A stretch of 64,000 bases of DNA. It comes from Phoronis australis. Taxonomy: Eukaryota; Animalia; Phoronida. This document shows positions 48,901 to 61,033 of the stretch, piece by piece. A program made the position numbers and the translations under genes. Under the pieces are notes generated by a model, which was given only the letters and a program-made list of their open reading frames with translations, searched no databases and had not been told where the DNA came from. Every line of letters starts with the position of its first letter. Position 1 is the stretch's first letter. The stretch is from positions 93,534-157,533 of the forward strand of contig NMRA01000250.1 of assembly GCA_002633005.1 (NCBI GenBank). Direction: 5' to 3'.

Positions 48901-51900
48901 GATATCAGATGATAACAGATGACGACGAGTTTCTAACCCATTTGACTACACAGTGGCAGTTTTAGTTTTTTGCATTTGCCTCTGTATCTTTGGAGTTCAT
49001 TAATTAATGGATTTTTTCTGAAATTTGGCATAAAGCTTTCTATTAAGGTGACAAGTTTGCCATTCCATCTTCAGACAGATTCAGCATATTTTGCATCAGC
49101 TAATGGCCATTTTTATCAATTTCAATTTTGTTTTTTGCCTGCCTCTGTATCTTTGGAGTTCCTTGGTGGGTCATGAAAGTTGGCTAATAGTTTTGTAATA
49201 GAGATGACGGTGCTTATCAAATTTTGGATGGGTTTGACGTATTCTGCACCATCTGATTTCGATTTTTATGTTATTAAAGAACACCGTTAGGAGCACACTG
49301 TTTGCGTTGCTCTTGTTGTCTTAATTAGTTAAGTTGGCATCATTGCATTCTCCACAGGGGGCTGTGTAACTATTTCATCGCCAGACTTAGTTTTTGCACT
49401 GAACACCCCATAAACTCATCACAAAAACGTGCAGTGTTTCGCAAAATGGTGAACCAGATTCTGCATATGAAAACAATGGCCATGCTGATCTCTGTAATTT
49501 TTAAATCGCGCCTGGCAAGAGCTTTCATTTGATTAGCCGCTGAGTGAACGTTCAAATGAACTTCAGTAATCGGCAGTGGCTGTATGGTCATTTCTGAACG
49601 TGTCCGTGGGATAAAATGGAATTGATATTCTCATACCTAAAGTATCGTAATTCTCCTTTTCAAAAACTGATGCTCTTGCATTCCTGAAAAAATGTTGAAT
49701 TGCTGGCGAAACAAAATTAGAATTTACCCCCAGGAACTAATACAAATATTTCCACAGGTTTCACGTGGTCCAGACGAACAAAGTAGTCGAAGGTCTTGGT
49801 GGAATGGACTACCCTCTGCCAGTCTGTCTGTTTGTCCTTTGGGTCATTACTGCCTTGATGACGGCATTCTCCATTAGGATCTACGGATGGGTAACAATTA
49901 AATGAATCTCAAACTTTCTTGTTCACCAACTCGAACGTTTGAAACCCATTACCAAACATTGGTTCTCACCGCTGTTTGTCACAGAAATGGGAAAAAGTAA
50001 AAAATTGAAATTTGTAATGGCGACAGCAGTTACCATTTGTTTCTGTATTGCCATTTGTTTTTTAAGGGAAACTGTCGTTTTATTGCCAAAAAAACGTTTT
50101 TTATATTGTTGTTGGGTGAGACAGACTTTTTTGAAGTTATTACCTTTGACCAGAGGTATAAAGCAAGAAAATTTGTTGTAATGTTATTACATATTTCCAA
50201 TTTTTCCCAACGTCTGCTATAGATTCGCTGAAATTGAGGCCAGTGACTTAAATTACCAGTTGAATAGGCTTATACTTAAAATACTGTATCATTTATCGAG
50301 CTTGTCAGCAGAGCATTTGGCTTCGACCTCGAAGGTTACGTTCTGGGGTTGATTTCAGAAAATAACTTTTGTCTCCGAAAATGTCTTTTAATCTTGAAAA
50401 AATCTGAAGCATTATTGTCACCATGCTAAGACGTGACAACCAAACATGAATATTAAACTATACTGGTACCTGGTGCATAAGTAGAAACTACCGCTGGCAA
50501 CAGTGAAAACAGCTCACTCTATCAGTGGTGATTTTATAGCTTCAAACGTAAAGATAATATTTAGTCTTTACATCGCATAGAATAATACGATGGCACTTGG
50601 CTTACCTCAAAATCCAACTGCTGCCTGCTGGTTTAGTAATTGGCCCAATTATGTTGCACACACACCAGAATAAATGAGAAGCAGAATACTAGGAACATTG
50701 TTAATAGAATTTTAAGTTGTAAAAGTCACCTAATTTGTCTGATTTTCAAATTTCAAAAACTTGACCACGTAAACTTTTCACAAACTATTCAAATATCCTA
50801 TTTAATTAAAAACTTTCAAAACAACAGTTTTGTCACCACCAGTGTGTTTATGATTGGCCTGATTACCTAGAGAACAATAACATCAGCAGCATGTGGTGTC
50901 CAGGGGCAATATAATTGCCTGCAACTGCCTGCATCGTTGATCATTATGGCAGATTTTATGATACTCAATATAATTGCCTGCAACTGCCTGCATGGTTGAT
51001 CATTATGGCACATATCATGATACTCAATATAATTGCCTGCAACTGCCTGCATAGTTGATCATTATGGCACATTTCATGATACTCAATATAATTGCCTGCA
51101 ACTGCCTGCATAGTTGATCATTATGGCACATTTCATGATACTCAAACCAGTGAGGGTGTCAATGTAGCATTCTTTTCAGGAAAATCGGAAATTTCTTCAA
51201 ACTGAATTGACAATCTCTAAGTTCGTGGGTTGAACTGACCGTATTTTATTTCTTCTTTTCCAATTTGCTGCAATATAAATTCTCTCAGCTAGGTATCATT
51301 CAAATGCTGACTTTCAGTTCATCTGAGAAATGCGTGTTTGTGAGGAGACAACTGGTCGAGCCTCAAAATCTGACAGTCTAAAATGCAAATTATAAACTAG
51401 GTTATTCAACCACACAAAGTATGTCTCAAACCTTTCTATGTTATGATATAAAAGGATTTCCACCTGGGACAAATCTCTAAGCTATCAGGACGTAATAAGG
51501 TATCAAAGACCATCAATTTGACAAGGTGGCGAGGCCATCCTCTCAAGCATTGATTTCAATCGCTCACTGTGGACTCTCAAATCCTTTTGACAGTGGAACC
51601 CAAAAGCTGTCTTGGCAAGGGAAATTTTAAGACCTGGGTTCTGTTTCATGAAAGGGACTTAAAACTTAAGACAGAAATTTGGTGTGTTTCATAAAAATAA
51701 ATAAATTTCACGTATAGCAAAAGTACAAAGTCTGTGAGAATATGAACTTAACTGGTAGTTAATGAGATAATTTCTATGAACTGTTTGTAGACTGTGTTGT
51801 GCTCATAATTGCATGGCTACATAATGTCTTAAATCTTAAGTCACTTTAATGAAACAGACCCCTGTTGGTCAGTCTTTTTCTGGATTTTTATGTTTGACTA

Positions 51901-54900
51901 GTGAAGAAATACCTGTTTATTTCTAGTGCCATATTTTACGTTATGTGTCTATTTTCAGCTACTTTCCATTATGGGAACACTGTTTCTGACAAGCATACTG
52001 GCAGTGATTATTTACGGGTACACAAATGTGACGCGTTCTGCCATTGACGACGTGTATCCATTTTTCTATTTTTCTGATATGAGCCCTCGGAGGGTTTTGG
52101 ACAGCAAGGTAAGTTTTTTGATGAGAACATCTTTTGCGAATTTATAGTTGTTTAGTTTTTCAAAAACAAAAATTCACCCGATACACCGGGTATCAGCTGA
52201 GGTAGTGCCAACCATTATAATGGGTGGCATGATGGGCAATACTTCTATGGATGCAAAAAGTACTCAACCAAGGGCTTTACTGCTAACATAACCAAGGGCT
52301 TTACTGCTAACATGTGGCGCGTTATGTAGTATCAAGTCACGTGATCTTTACTGCTCTCTGGATCGTTATTCTTGTAGGCGTGATCCTGGGAATATAGTTT
52401 TACTACATTTTTATGCACCCACATATTTATATTTGGACGCATTATGCCGTCATCTCCCAGCTTCCGTCCGGCGTCCTCTGCTCTATTTCGAAAATCCTTT
52501 GATGTATGTTCATGAAATTTTGCACAATGGGTTTCTTTCGTGGATGGGATGGCATGAGCGAACATTTGGACCGAACCGACTGCCGATGTGCCTCCTAGAG
52601 GCAATTTTAGTTTTTTACGTTTACCCTTGTATCTACAAATGTCCTAGAATTTGGGATATAGGCATCCATTAGTGAGATGACGCTATCTTCGGATGGATTC
52701 GAGGTATTTTGCGCCACCTACTGGTCATTTTTACTGTTTTCGGGACTGTTTTTGGCGTTTGCCCTCTATCAACCAAACCGCTCTAAGGATGATTGTGAAA
52801 ACTGACGATAATTTTCCGACAACTGTGCCGCCTCCTAGAGGCAGTTTTGTTTTTTTTGCGCCCGTAGCTGTATCTCCTAAACCCTCTGCAGGATCTTTTA
52901 TGAATTTAGCATGTGTATTTATATGAAGTTGACATAGGACGACGTCGACTTTCGGACTGATCTCACTTCTGGTGTGCCCCCTAGTGGCAATTTTAGTTTC
53001 TAACATTTACTTCTGTGTCTTCAAAGGTACTCAGTAGATTTATATAGTATTTGGAATATAAGCATTAATTGGTGAGATGATGGTATCATCTTGTTTTTGG
53101 ATGGATTCAAGGTATTTTGCCTCACCTAGTTACCACTTTTTCTGTTTTTGAATTTGTTTTTGGGCGTCAACACCTCTGTCAACCAAACCATTCTAAGGAT
53201 GATTTTGAAAATTGGCGTAATGGGTTCTCAGTGTGAAGAGGATGGTTAACGATAACGACTTCGACTACTGTGGCCCCTCCTAGTGACAGAATGATTGTGA
53301 AAACTGGCGTGTATGTTCTTTCTATGAAGCGGACTGCTGACAATGTTTTTCCGACAACCTTGACTATTGTGCCGCCTCCTAGAGGCAGTTGTGTTGCGCC
53401 CGTAGCTGTATATCCTGAGCTCACTGCAGGATCTTCATTAAATTTACTAAGTGTTTATATGAAGTTAATAACAGATGACAACGACTTGCAGACGGATCCG
53501 ATGAATGTTGTGCTCCCTAGTGTCAAATTCATTTTTTTCTGTTTTCCTTTGTTTCTCTGATTGAAGTTCATTGAAAGATTTTTATGAAATTCGGTAAAAT
53601 AGCTTTCTATTAAAGGAACGATGGCATGCTCTCGTCAGATGGATGCGTCGTATTTTGCGCCATAGAGTGGCCATTTTTGTGTTACAAATAAACTACGGTA
53701 ACCCTAAAGAAGCACTCCGTTTGAGGTGCATTCGTGGGTGCATTTCAATGCTCCACGTTGCTGCTTGTGTTGGAGATTGATGATACAAGTATGAAAGCAA
53801 AATGACAAAGTTTTGGAATTTACTTTTTTCTCGAAGATAATAAATTTGGATACTTACAACAGGTTGTGAATATTAGAAATAATTATAGCTAAATTTGTAT
53901 TGTTTTTTTTAATACACGTTTTTTTATACCCTCAAATATTTATATGTGGACGCATTATGCCGTCATCTCTGTCCGTCGGGCACATGTCCAGCGTCCTCTG
54001 TTCAAAACATCTTGGCGTATGTTCATGAAAGTTTGCACATGTGTTCCTTTCATGGATGGGACAACATGAGCGAACTTTCGGACGAATCCGACAACCGGTG
54101 TGCCGCCTAGGGGCAATCTTAGTTTTTTGCGTTTACCTCTGTTTCTTCAAAGGTACTCAACGTATTTTCGTAAAATTTGACAATTATTTAGCATCTATTA
54201 GTGAGATGACGCTATCCTCCCATTTTCAGATGGATTCGACGTAGTTTGTGCCACCTAGTGGCCATTTTTACTGTTTTCAAGAATGTTATTTGGCTAAAAA
54301 TCTGTGCCAAACAAAATGTGAGACTTTTAAGTTGCATTTGGGATTGGCGTATATAACGAATCACCAGCATATCTACAAACTGCTTTAATACTCTCTAGAA
54401 GTCTGAAATTCACAAACAAAGCCTCCCGTGTTTGTGATTTATCTTCACAAAAAGTTGCGTCATTTGATCGATTCAAGCAGTGCCTGCTGTTAGCGGTAAA
54501 GCCCTTGGTCAAGTGCGCACCTTTTGCCATTCTGAACAGACCGGGGGCTCACCTTCCTGTGACACTGATTCATAGCCATTTAGAAAGCAGTGATAGCTGA
54601 GCTAACACACCACTAAAAAGTTACTAGAATGTGTTTGTAAAGCTTCTGGAAAAGATAATACTTACAGCAAAAACAATGCTGACGTGGTCCAAAATCATAT
54701 GTGCTTTTTGGGCTACGTTGTTTTTGCAGAAAACATTTGACATAGTAAGTTTGTTACATGCGCGCACCTAGCCTAAAGCATGGGAGGGTGCTCGAATTTT
54801 TTGGTGTGCGGACCTTTTAGTGAAAGAAATCAACGAGAACTATAACAAACGGGGCTACTAGGTTCAGGCCCGCGAATTGTGCATCTGCGTCGACTTTTGT

Positions 54901-57900
54901 CTCGTTTACTTGGAGTTTTTGTTTCCCTCAGGCAGAGCTTTTTACCCGATTCGTCAAATTGGGGGGCTCTTTCGAGCACTCCAAGCCCTCCCCCCCTGGG
55001 TGCGCCCATGTGCTAGTTAGGAAAGTAATTACATCTACACCTAGTTAATGCTTATATTTGGTTTCTAATCTGTATGCTCACGTCATGTAACCTAATGATT
55101 ATTCATGTTACAATTTAACTTTTTTAGGTCAAAGCAGAGATGAGCATTGCAATTTTTTACTCACTGAGTACATACGTAATTTAGAAATGATGCCTAGATT
55201 ATGTTCAGGTTGGTTTAGCATTTGCATAATTATGTAAATTTGCCATATAAATATGTGGTAATCGATAGTTGACATTTTCCATGCACCTTTGTAGGTGTGG
55301 GCAGATGTTGCCATGAGACACACCTTTGTTGTCAATTTACTTCTGGGTTTCTTACCAGCCATGGGCAAGTTTGTTGGGAAGGGCACTGTGAAGACAAACA
55401 TGTAAGTTTGTTTGAAAAGGTTTTGTGAAAGGTAGCACATGTATGGATCTGTTTATATGTTCTTTTAGATGGCGTTCATATTACTATTCTTGTCTATCTT
55501 CAGGGGCGGATCCAGTATTGTGAGTTGGGGGGGCAGAGTATTAGCCAGGATTTTGCACCCCCGAACTGCGTAATGGAATATGAGAGAATTTTAGGGGGGC
55601 ATGGCCCCCTTGGCCCCCCTCTAAATCCGCCACTGATCTTGCTTGCACCCGATAAATCTAACCTAATTCACTGCTGTAACTACTTTAAATTTAGACTGTC
55701 CCGTCCTGGCTGGCTATGTACATGTCTTAACATGCCTTTCTCCCTGTTTTAGCCGCATTCATAATTTCATTATTTAGGAGCGACATATGTCCCGAATGAT
55801 GTATAATAGTTCGTGCGCCACAAGCTCGTCACTAGAGATGAAACAAAGACCGGGATTGGCGATATAAGGTCATTTATTATGACTAATACAGTTACAAGGA
55901 ATTTCATTTATATGACTAGTATAATTACAAGTAATAGGTAGTGACTAAACATAAGTAAGGTAAAAAATACTAATCTCTGGTAAGATGGGCAAATGAAAAT
56001 CGCCACAAGAGATGTTGTAAGACAGCTCATGCCCGTGTTGTGGTGGCCTCCTCTTCTAGTGATCGTGGATACCTTAATTTTGTGAACTGTGTTTTGTTCA
56101 CATTCCTGTATAGTCAGAAATGTTAAAGTGTACCCTCTTATACATGCGTGGGTGCATATTGCTGTCATCAGTGGGTGTTTGGTATCCACTGCAGTATCTC
56201 TAAAAGCCAGTGGAAGATCTTTATGAAAGATGGCTGATATTCATTTGGAGTTGATGCTGCATGGATGACATCAACTTTCAGATGGATCTCATTACCGCTA
56301 TGCCCTCTTGTGGCAGTGTTAATCTTTTACGTTTGCCTCAGTCTGTTTCTTCTGAGTTATTTTTAAATGTAGTTCGTGAAATTTAACAAATGGGTTACTT
56401 TCTATTGCACAAGCCGGTACGATGCCTTCCCATTTTCGGACTGAGTCAGCATATTCTGCGCCATCTAGAGGCCATTTTGGTGTGGTGTGCTATGTCATCA
56501 TCCCCATTCGACGTTTGTCGTCCGCTGCTGTGGTATCTTGATCTAAACTCCTGAATGGAGGTTCTTGAAATTTTGGAGATGTATTCCTATCATGGATGGA
56601 ACGAGATGAGCGAATTTTTTGACGGATCCGAGAACCAGTGTGCCCCTAGTGGATATTTAGTTTTTTATGTTTGTTTCTGTATTTTCATAGTTCCTTGACG
56701 GATTTTTATGTGCCCACATATTTACATGCCGTCATCCATGTCTGTCCGTCCGGAATCCGCTGCTCTGTCTCTAAAACCCTTTGATGTAGTATATTCATGA
56801 AAATTTGCACAGCAGTTCTGTTCCTTTCATGAATGAGACGGCGCGAGATAACTTTCGGATGGATCCGACTACTGGTGTGACCCTAGTGGCAATTTTATTT
56901 TTTTTTCGTTAATTCTGTATCTTCACAGTTCCTCAATAGACTTTCATAAAATTTGGCGTATAGGCATCTATAAGTGAGATGGCACTTTCGTTTTCGAATG
57001 AATTCAAGGTATTTTTCGCCATCCAGTGGCCATTTTTACTGTTTTCAAGTCTGTTTTTAGCGTCTGCTTCTGTCAACCAAACTGCTCTTAGGATGATGCA
57101 GGCGTGCACCCAGCCTTCAGTATGAGGGGGGGGGGGGCTCGAATTCCTGACGTTGTGGACCTTTTGCTAACAAAAGACCGGGCGGACTAAAAAAACAAAA
57201 AAACGGGAGTACCACTGTGAATTGCGCGTTTGCGCTTATTTAGTGGACTTTTGTCCCATTTTCTTGGACTTTTTGTCTCTCAGGGGCGGACCTTTTTGCC
57301 CACTTCGCCAAATGGAGGGGCTCGAATGAGCCCCCCCCCCCGGGTGAGGGCATGAGTCAGATCACTGTGGAACTGAGCGGCATATTTTGTGGCTGTCACT
57401 GTATCTTCTTAATCCCTTGTAACATCTAAAATTTGGCATTGGTGAGAATACAGATGATGTCTACTTTCAGATGGATCTGACCACGCTGTGCCCCCTAGTA
57501 GCAATTTTACTGTTGTACGTTTACCTTTGTATAGAGTTCCTTAAAGAATTTCATGAAATTTGGCAAATAGGCTTCTATTAAGGAAACGACATCACCGTTC
57601 TATTTTTGAACAGATTTGGTGTATTCTGCACCTCCTGTTGGCTGTGTTATGGCACTTATAACCTTCCCTAGCAGCATACCCTGTGCGGTTCAATCGTGGG
57701 TGAATTGCACTCTTGCAATAGTTACTAACAGTTTACTTACAATGCAATTTATGTTACCTTTTGTAAACTTTCCACATTCTCCTGGTTCAAATTAGTGCTT
57801 CTTTATATTTACTGGCGTATTGATTAAATAAAAGTGTTACTTTCTCTTTTTTCTTTCCATTACAGTTCTTGGCTGTTCATCATCTTTGCAATGATTATAA

Positions 57901-60900
57901 AACCACACATCGGTGTAAACTTCTTGCTACCTTACTATGGTTTACTGACTCGCAGTTTAGGTGTTAGCTTCAATAACGTTATGGCTGCTGGTGAGTCACC
58001 TTTCCTGCTGAATTTTTCATTGATGAGTGGGTAATTTAGCATCATAAAGGCTGAATCCCCAAAATGCATTTGCATCGGTTCATGACATCAAGTATTTCAC
58101 TCTGAGGAAGCATTATGTAAAAGCACGCATTAATATTGGTGGACTAAATTGATTGCTCTTTTGTGCCCGGTGGTTTAATGATATTTTAAAGTGAAACGTA
58201 ACAACAGTTGGGCGTAAGAGCAGTTTACTGGACAAAGGTCATAAAGATGCCTGGATGCCGTTTTGCAGATGCAAGAAAGTGTCCAGAAAACTTATTGCAT
58301 GCTTTGCTTGTAATGCATGATGATATTTCAGGAAGATTTGAATTATCATATATTTTCGCGAGTTTCTTGCGTCTGCAGAACACAACCCTGCCTCTGCAAA
58401 ACGTATGACGAATTTCAACACTTGGCCAGATGAGTACACTGATGTATCAATTTAAGTTTGTTATTGGTCAAAACAAGTCGTGTGTGAGAGAAATGAAAAC
58501 CTGTAGTCATGATGAAATAAATGCAATACTTGAATAATTGTCCAGAACTATGATACATGATGTTAAAGTCTTTGGTATCGGAAACTCTTGTTACCCTGGA
58601 ACGGCATATTAATTTAACTACTCATATCCTCTCAAATAGGATTACCACAAGTGGCGTTTTACGTTTTACCTCGAACCTTCGCACGATCTGAGCTCGCACC
58701 AGGAATTTTGTTCTTGATGTACTTGAGTATGTATCTGTCCATCTTATATTTCTCGGTAAGTATACGTTGGCGCATTTTACTCAATGGCGTCGCGCTTTCT
58801 CTGTAGATGTGTCCAGACATTCACTGACCTTCTTGTTAATGCCCAACCTAGCTCTCTGATTGGCTAAGGCTGTGGAGACAAGTTGTCTAAATACACAGTC
58901 AGGATGATCTTGTCTGATTAACACAGTACCCAGTGACACCTGTTGACCATTTTGCCTCGAAATCCATTCTGATGCTTGCATTTGTCTTATATACAGAAAA
59001 GTTTCGATAGGAAATGTCTGCCAGTCAGTACTATTCCTTTCATTTGACAACACTTTCTATTGGCTTACGTTTGAGTTTGGTTAGCATCGGCATGATCAAA
59101 GCCAAAAAACGTTAAAACTGGAGGATTGTTGTTTCAAAATAATATGCTTTCAGACGATGGGAATAGCAGTTATGAGTGATGCAATCAAAGAAACCTTTCC
59201 TCAGCTAAAAGGCAAGAAACTGGTGGCGATGATTATCAAGAGTAGTCTTTGCGCCGTCTGCTTTTTACTTGGACTTACCATGGTGACTCGAGTAAGTACA
59301 ACTTTTTGACGTCACAACTTATCTACTTCTTTTTTGTTCATTGCCACATCAGTGCTGACTTGCAAGATATTCTATTTCATTCGTTAAATATATTTATATA
59401 AGAATATATGGACTCGTCTCACTTACACCCCCCTTTTTCTTCTTTTGAACTGGTCCAGTAATCCTTTTTTGTAGATTTGCATATGGTTCTTTTGCATACG
59501 ACACGCTAGTTCCAGCCTCGCCATTGCTTCGTTTACCACATGTGCCATAAGTTTGGTCAGCTGCTGACCTCTACAGGCTGAAGATTGTCATGTGTTCTCA
59601 GTAATCATGTTTCCTGTCAAATCTTTGCTTCAGCGGCTCTTAGTTCGAGTTCAATCTCTCTTCATTTTTTCACACCCACTACCACCCCATTGGTTAGGTA
59701 GTTCCTCGTACCCGAGTGCTGCGCTTTTTATTGCCCGTCTTTCCAGATATTACTATTTTACCCTTTATTCATCATTTTACATTCTTATTTCTGAACCATT
59801 AGGTTGTCATAATAAATGACCTTTGTTTCGCCTACATACGGTCTCCTTTTCATCTCTGGAAACGGAGATTGCGACTCACCAACTTAATGTTTTGCCACGT
59901 GTTTCAAACATAAAGGTCCTTTAATAATTGCACTCAACTGGCTAAACAACGTAATTCAGCGCAATAATGTTGCAGCAGCTTTAAACCCACCTTCCCTGAC
60001 AAAAAATATCGTTCATCACTTAGCCTATGAAATTTGTCTGAAATTGTTCCATGGTCAAATTAGAGGTATTACATTGGCTTGGAAAAACTGACCGTTTGTT
60101 ATTGCTTGAAATAACAAGTTGGCTTGTCACGGCGGATCATTTAATGTGCCAAGGGTTGTCTGAAACAATAGCGAATTGGTGTCAGTTTTTCAGGAATAAG
60201 TTGAGATAAACTTAATAGCGTAAGTGGTCTATTATATAAAGTTTCCTTTATATCATAATGATATCATAATGCTGAAACACGGCCACAAGATATATCTCCA
60301 GGAAAATGAAAATTGCACCTGACCTTTGATGCGGCACATTGCCGCTATCCTCATAATATCTATTGTCCTCCCCCGGTATGGTGCATTGATTTTGAGATAG
60401 TATTTCAAAAGTTCCGTTGAAAGGTTTAATTTTGCGTTCCTCCCAGCATCTGACATGTTGCTTTGTTTTGTGAGCTTGTGTTTTCAGTAACCTGAATATT
60501 GAAAAGTGGAAGTAGTTAAAACCTGCAGCTATGAACACTTCATAAAAACTATTTTCATTTGCAACAATATCTGTTATTTTTCGGCAACATCCGAGGTTGC
60601 TTTTACCAAATCCAACAAACAGCAGTGCTCGTTTATGGGCGACTTGCTGGGTGATGGTGGTGCAACAACGGTCTTGCTCTACAAGTGCCGAAAGGCGTGC
60701 AATCAAACTGAAACAAAATGACCTGTAATGCCCTCTTGTAACGAAACAGCTAGACCAACCTGACCATGGCTATAACGACAGACAAACACTGGAAAGTGAT
60801 GGTAATTGTAAAACTTGGGCAAAACATGCAAAAATTTTAAAAAATATTGTAGGGTCTACATGAGATTTCTGGGTAGTTACCGCGGCATATGCATTGAAAA

Positions 60901-61033
60901 TCAGAGGTGTCTCATTAATGTTTGTTCCACTTTCAGGGAGGAGATGTTCTCTTTACCACACTAGATTTTTTTCTTCACTTTTTTGGGGTCATTACTATGT
61001 TCTTCACTTTAGTTGGATTGGCTGTGATATTTG
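42808..61033 (+). CDS. Divergent SLC6 / neurotransmitter:sodium symporter (NSS) family transporter, multi-exon, partial (TM2-TM10)
   Basis: Ten AG/GT exons with fully consistent phases and no stops: 42808-42945, 45728-45932, 47899-47931, 49758-49890, 51959-52108, 55295-55401, 57866-57990, 58640-58755, 59154-59291, 60937-61033. SLC6 hallmarks: GGPYLLIYY, PILTGAGFA, EL2 PWDYCGYPFNTPSC, PAESEFY, GLGGMDYPL, VWAD, CFLLGLTMVTRGG...LDF. Confidence 0.88.
45150..45227 (-). mobile_element. tRNA-derived SINE head or tRNA pseudogene
   Basis: Minus strand GCCCTCAGTAGCTCAGT...GGTTAGAGCA...TGTGGTTCGATTCGCA shows A and B boxes with imperfect stems. Partial second copy at about 45421-45468. Confidence 0.6.
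45728..45932 (+). CDS. SLC6-like exon (TM3 and EL2 disulfide)
   Basis: Acceptor ttccag, donor gtaagc. Encodes GAGFAQMIYCFLYLIYVPILGARVFYYMVASI...YPWDYCGYPFNTPSCL. Confidence 0.9.
46141..49319 (+). mobile_element. Two HINE copies (46141-47762 and 47958-49319) flanking the SLC6 mini-exon
   Basis: ATGCGCCCAC heads, GTGGGC(G/C)CAT 3' sub-TIRs and hairpin caacgctccgcgttg. Confidence 0.75.
47899..47931 (+). CDS. SLC6-like 33-nt mini-exon (end of EL2)
   Basis: Acceptor catttcag. Encodes YWTPAESEFYR (cf. SPxxEFW/Y). Phase 2-2 fits both neighbours; the donor gtacat is weak. Confidence 0.75.
49758..49890 (+). CDS. SLC6-like exon (TM4)
   Basis: Acceptor tccacag, donor gtaaca. Encodes FHVVQTNKVVEGLGGMDYPLPVCLFVLWVITALMTAFSIRIYGW. 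Confidence 0.85.
50887..51146. repeat. 59-bp minisatellite x~4
   Basis: caatataattgcctgcaactgcctgcatagttgatcattatggcacatttcatgatact repeated. Confidence 0.93.
51636..51862. mobile_element. PIF/Harbinger-like MITE
   Basis: gggttctgtttcatgaaagggactta...taagtcactttaatgaaacagaccc with CTG flanks. Confidence 0.55.
51959..52108 (+). CDS. SLC6-like exon (TM5/EL3)
   Basis: Acceptor ttttcag, donor gtaagt. Encodes LLSIMGTLFLTSILAVIIYGY...RVLDSK. Confidence 0.8.
52406..54285 (+). mobile_element. HINE copies (52406-53768 complete; 53921-54285 5' part)
   Basis: Same head, central repeats and 3' gtgggtgcatttcaatgctccacgttg end as the other copies. Confidence 0.75.
55295..55401 (+). CDS. SLC6-like exon (TM6)
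   Basis: Acceptor tttgtag, donor gtaagt. Encodes VWADVAMRHTFVVNLLLGFLPAMGKFVGKGTVKTN. Confidence 0.85.
56135..57716 (+). mobile_element. Diverged HINE array with nested MITE B
   Basis: Heads near 56140 and 56703, central repeats and a degenerate 3' end near 57690-57716. Confidence 0.65.
57866..57990 (+). CDS. SLC6-like exon (TM7/EL4)
   Basis: Long pyrimidine tract and tacag acceptor, donor gtgagt. Encodes SWLFIIFAMIIKPHIGVNFLLPYYGLLTRSLGVSFNNVMAAG. Confidence 0.85.
58640..58755 (+). CDS. SLC6-like exon (EL4/TM8)
   Basis: Acceptor aaatag, donor gtaagt. Encodes GLPQVAFYVLPRTFARSELAPGILFLMYLSMYLSILYFS. Confidence 0.82.
59154..59291 (+). CDS. SLC6-like exon (TM8 end/TM9)
   Basis: Acceptor ctttcag, donor gtaagt. 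Encodes TMGIAVMSDAIKETFPQLK...LCAVCFLLGLTMVTR. Confidence 0.87.
60937..61033 (+). CDS. SLC6-like exon (TM10)
   Basis: Acceptor ctttcag, donor gtaagt. Encodes GGDVLFTTLDFFLHFFGVITMFFTLVGLAVIF. Confidence 0.85.

Noticed and set aside
60248-60706. 152-aa minus-strand ORF in an SLC6 intron
   Set aside because: No recognisable motif, atypical composition and no supporting splice or promoter evidence.
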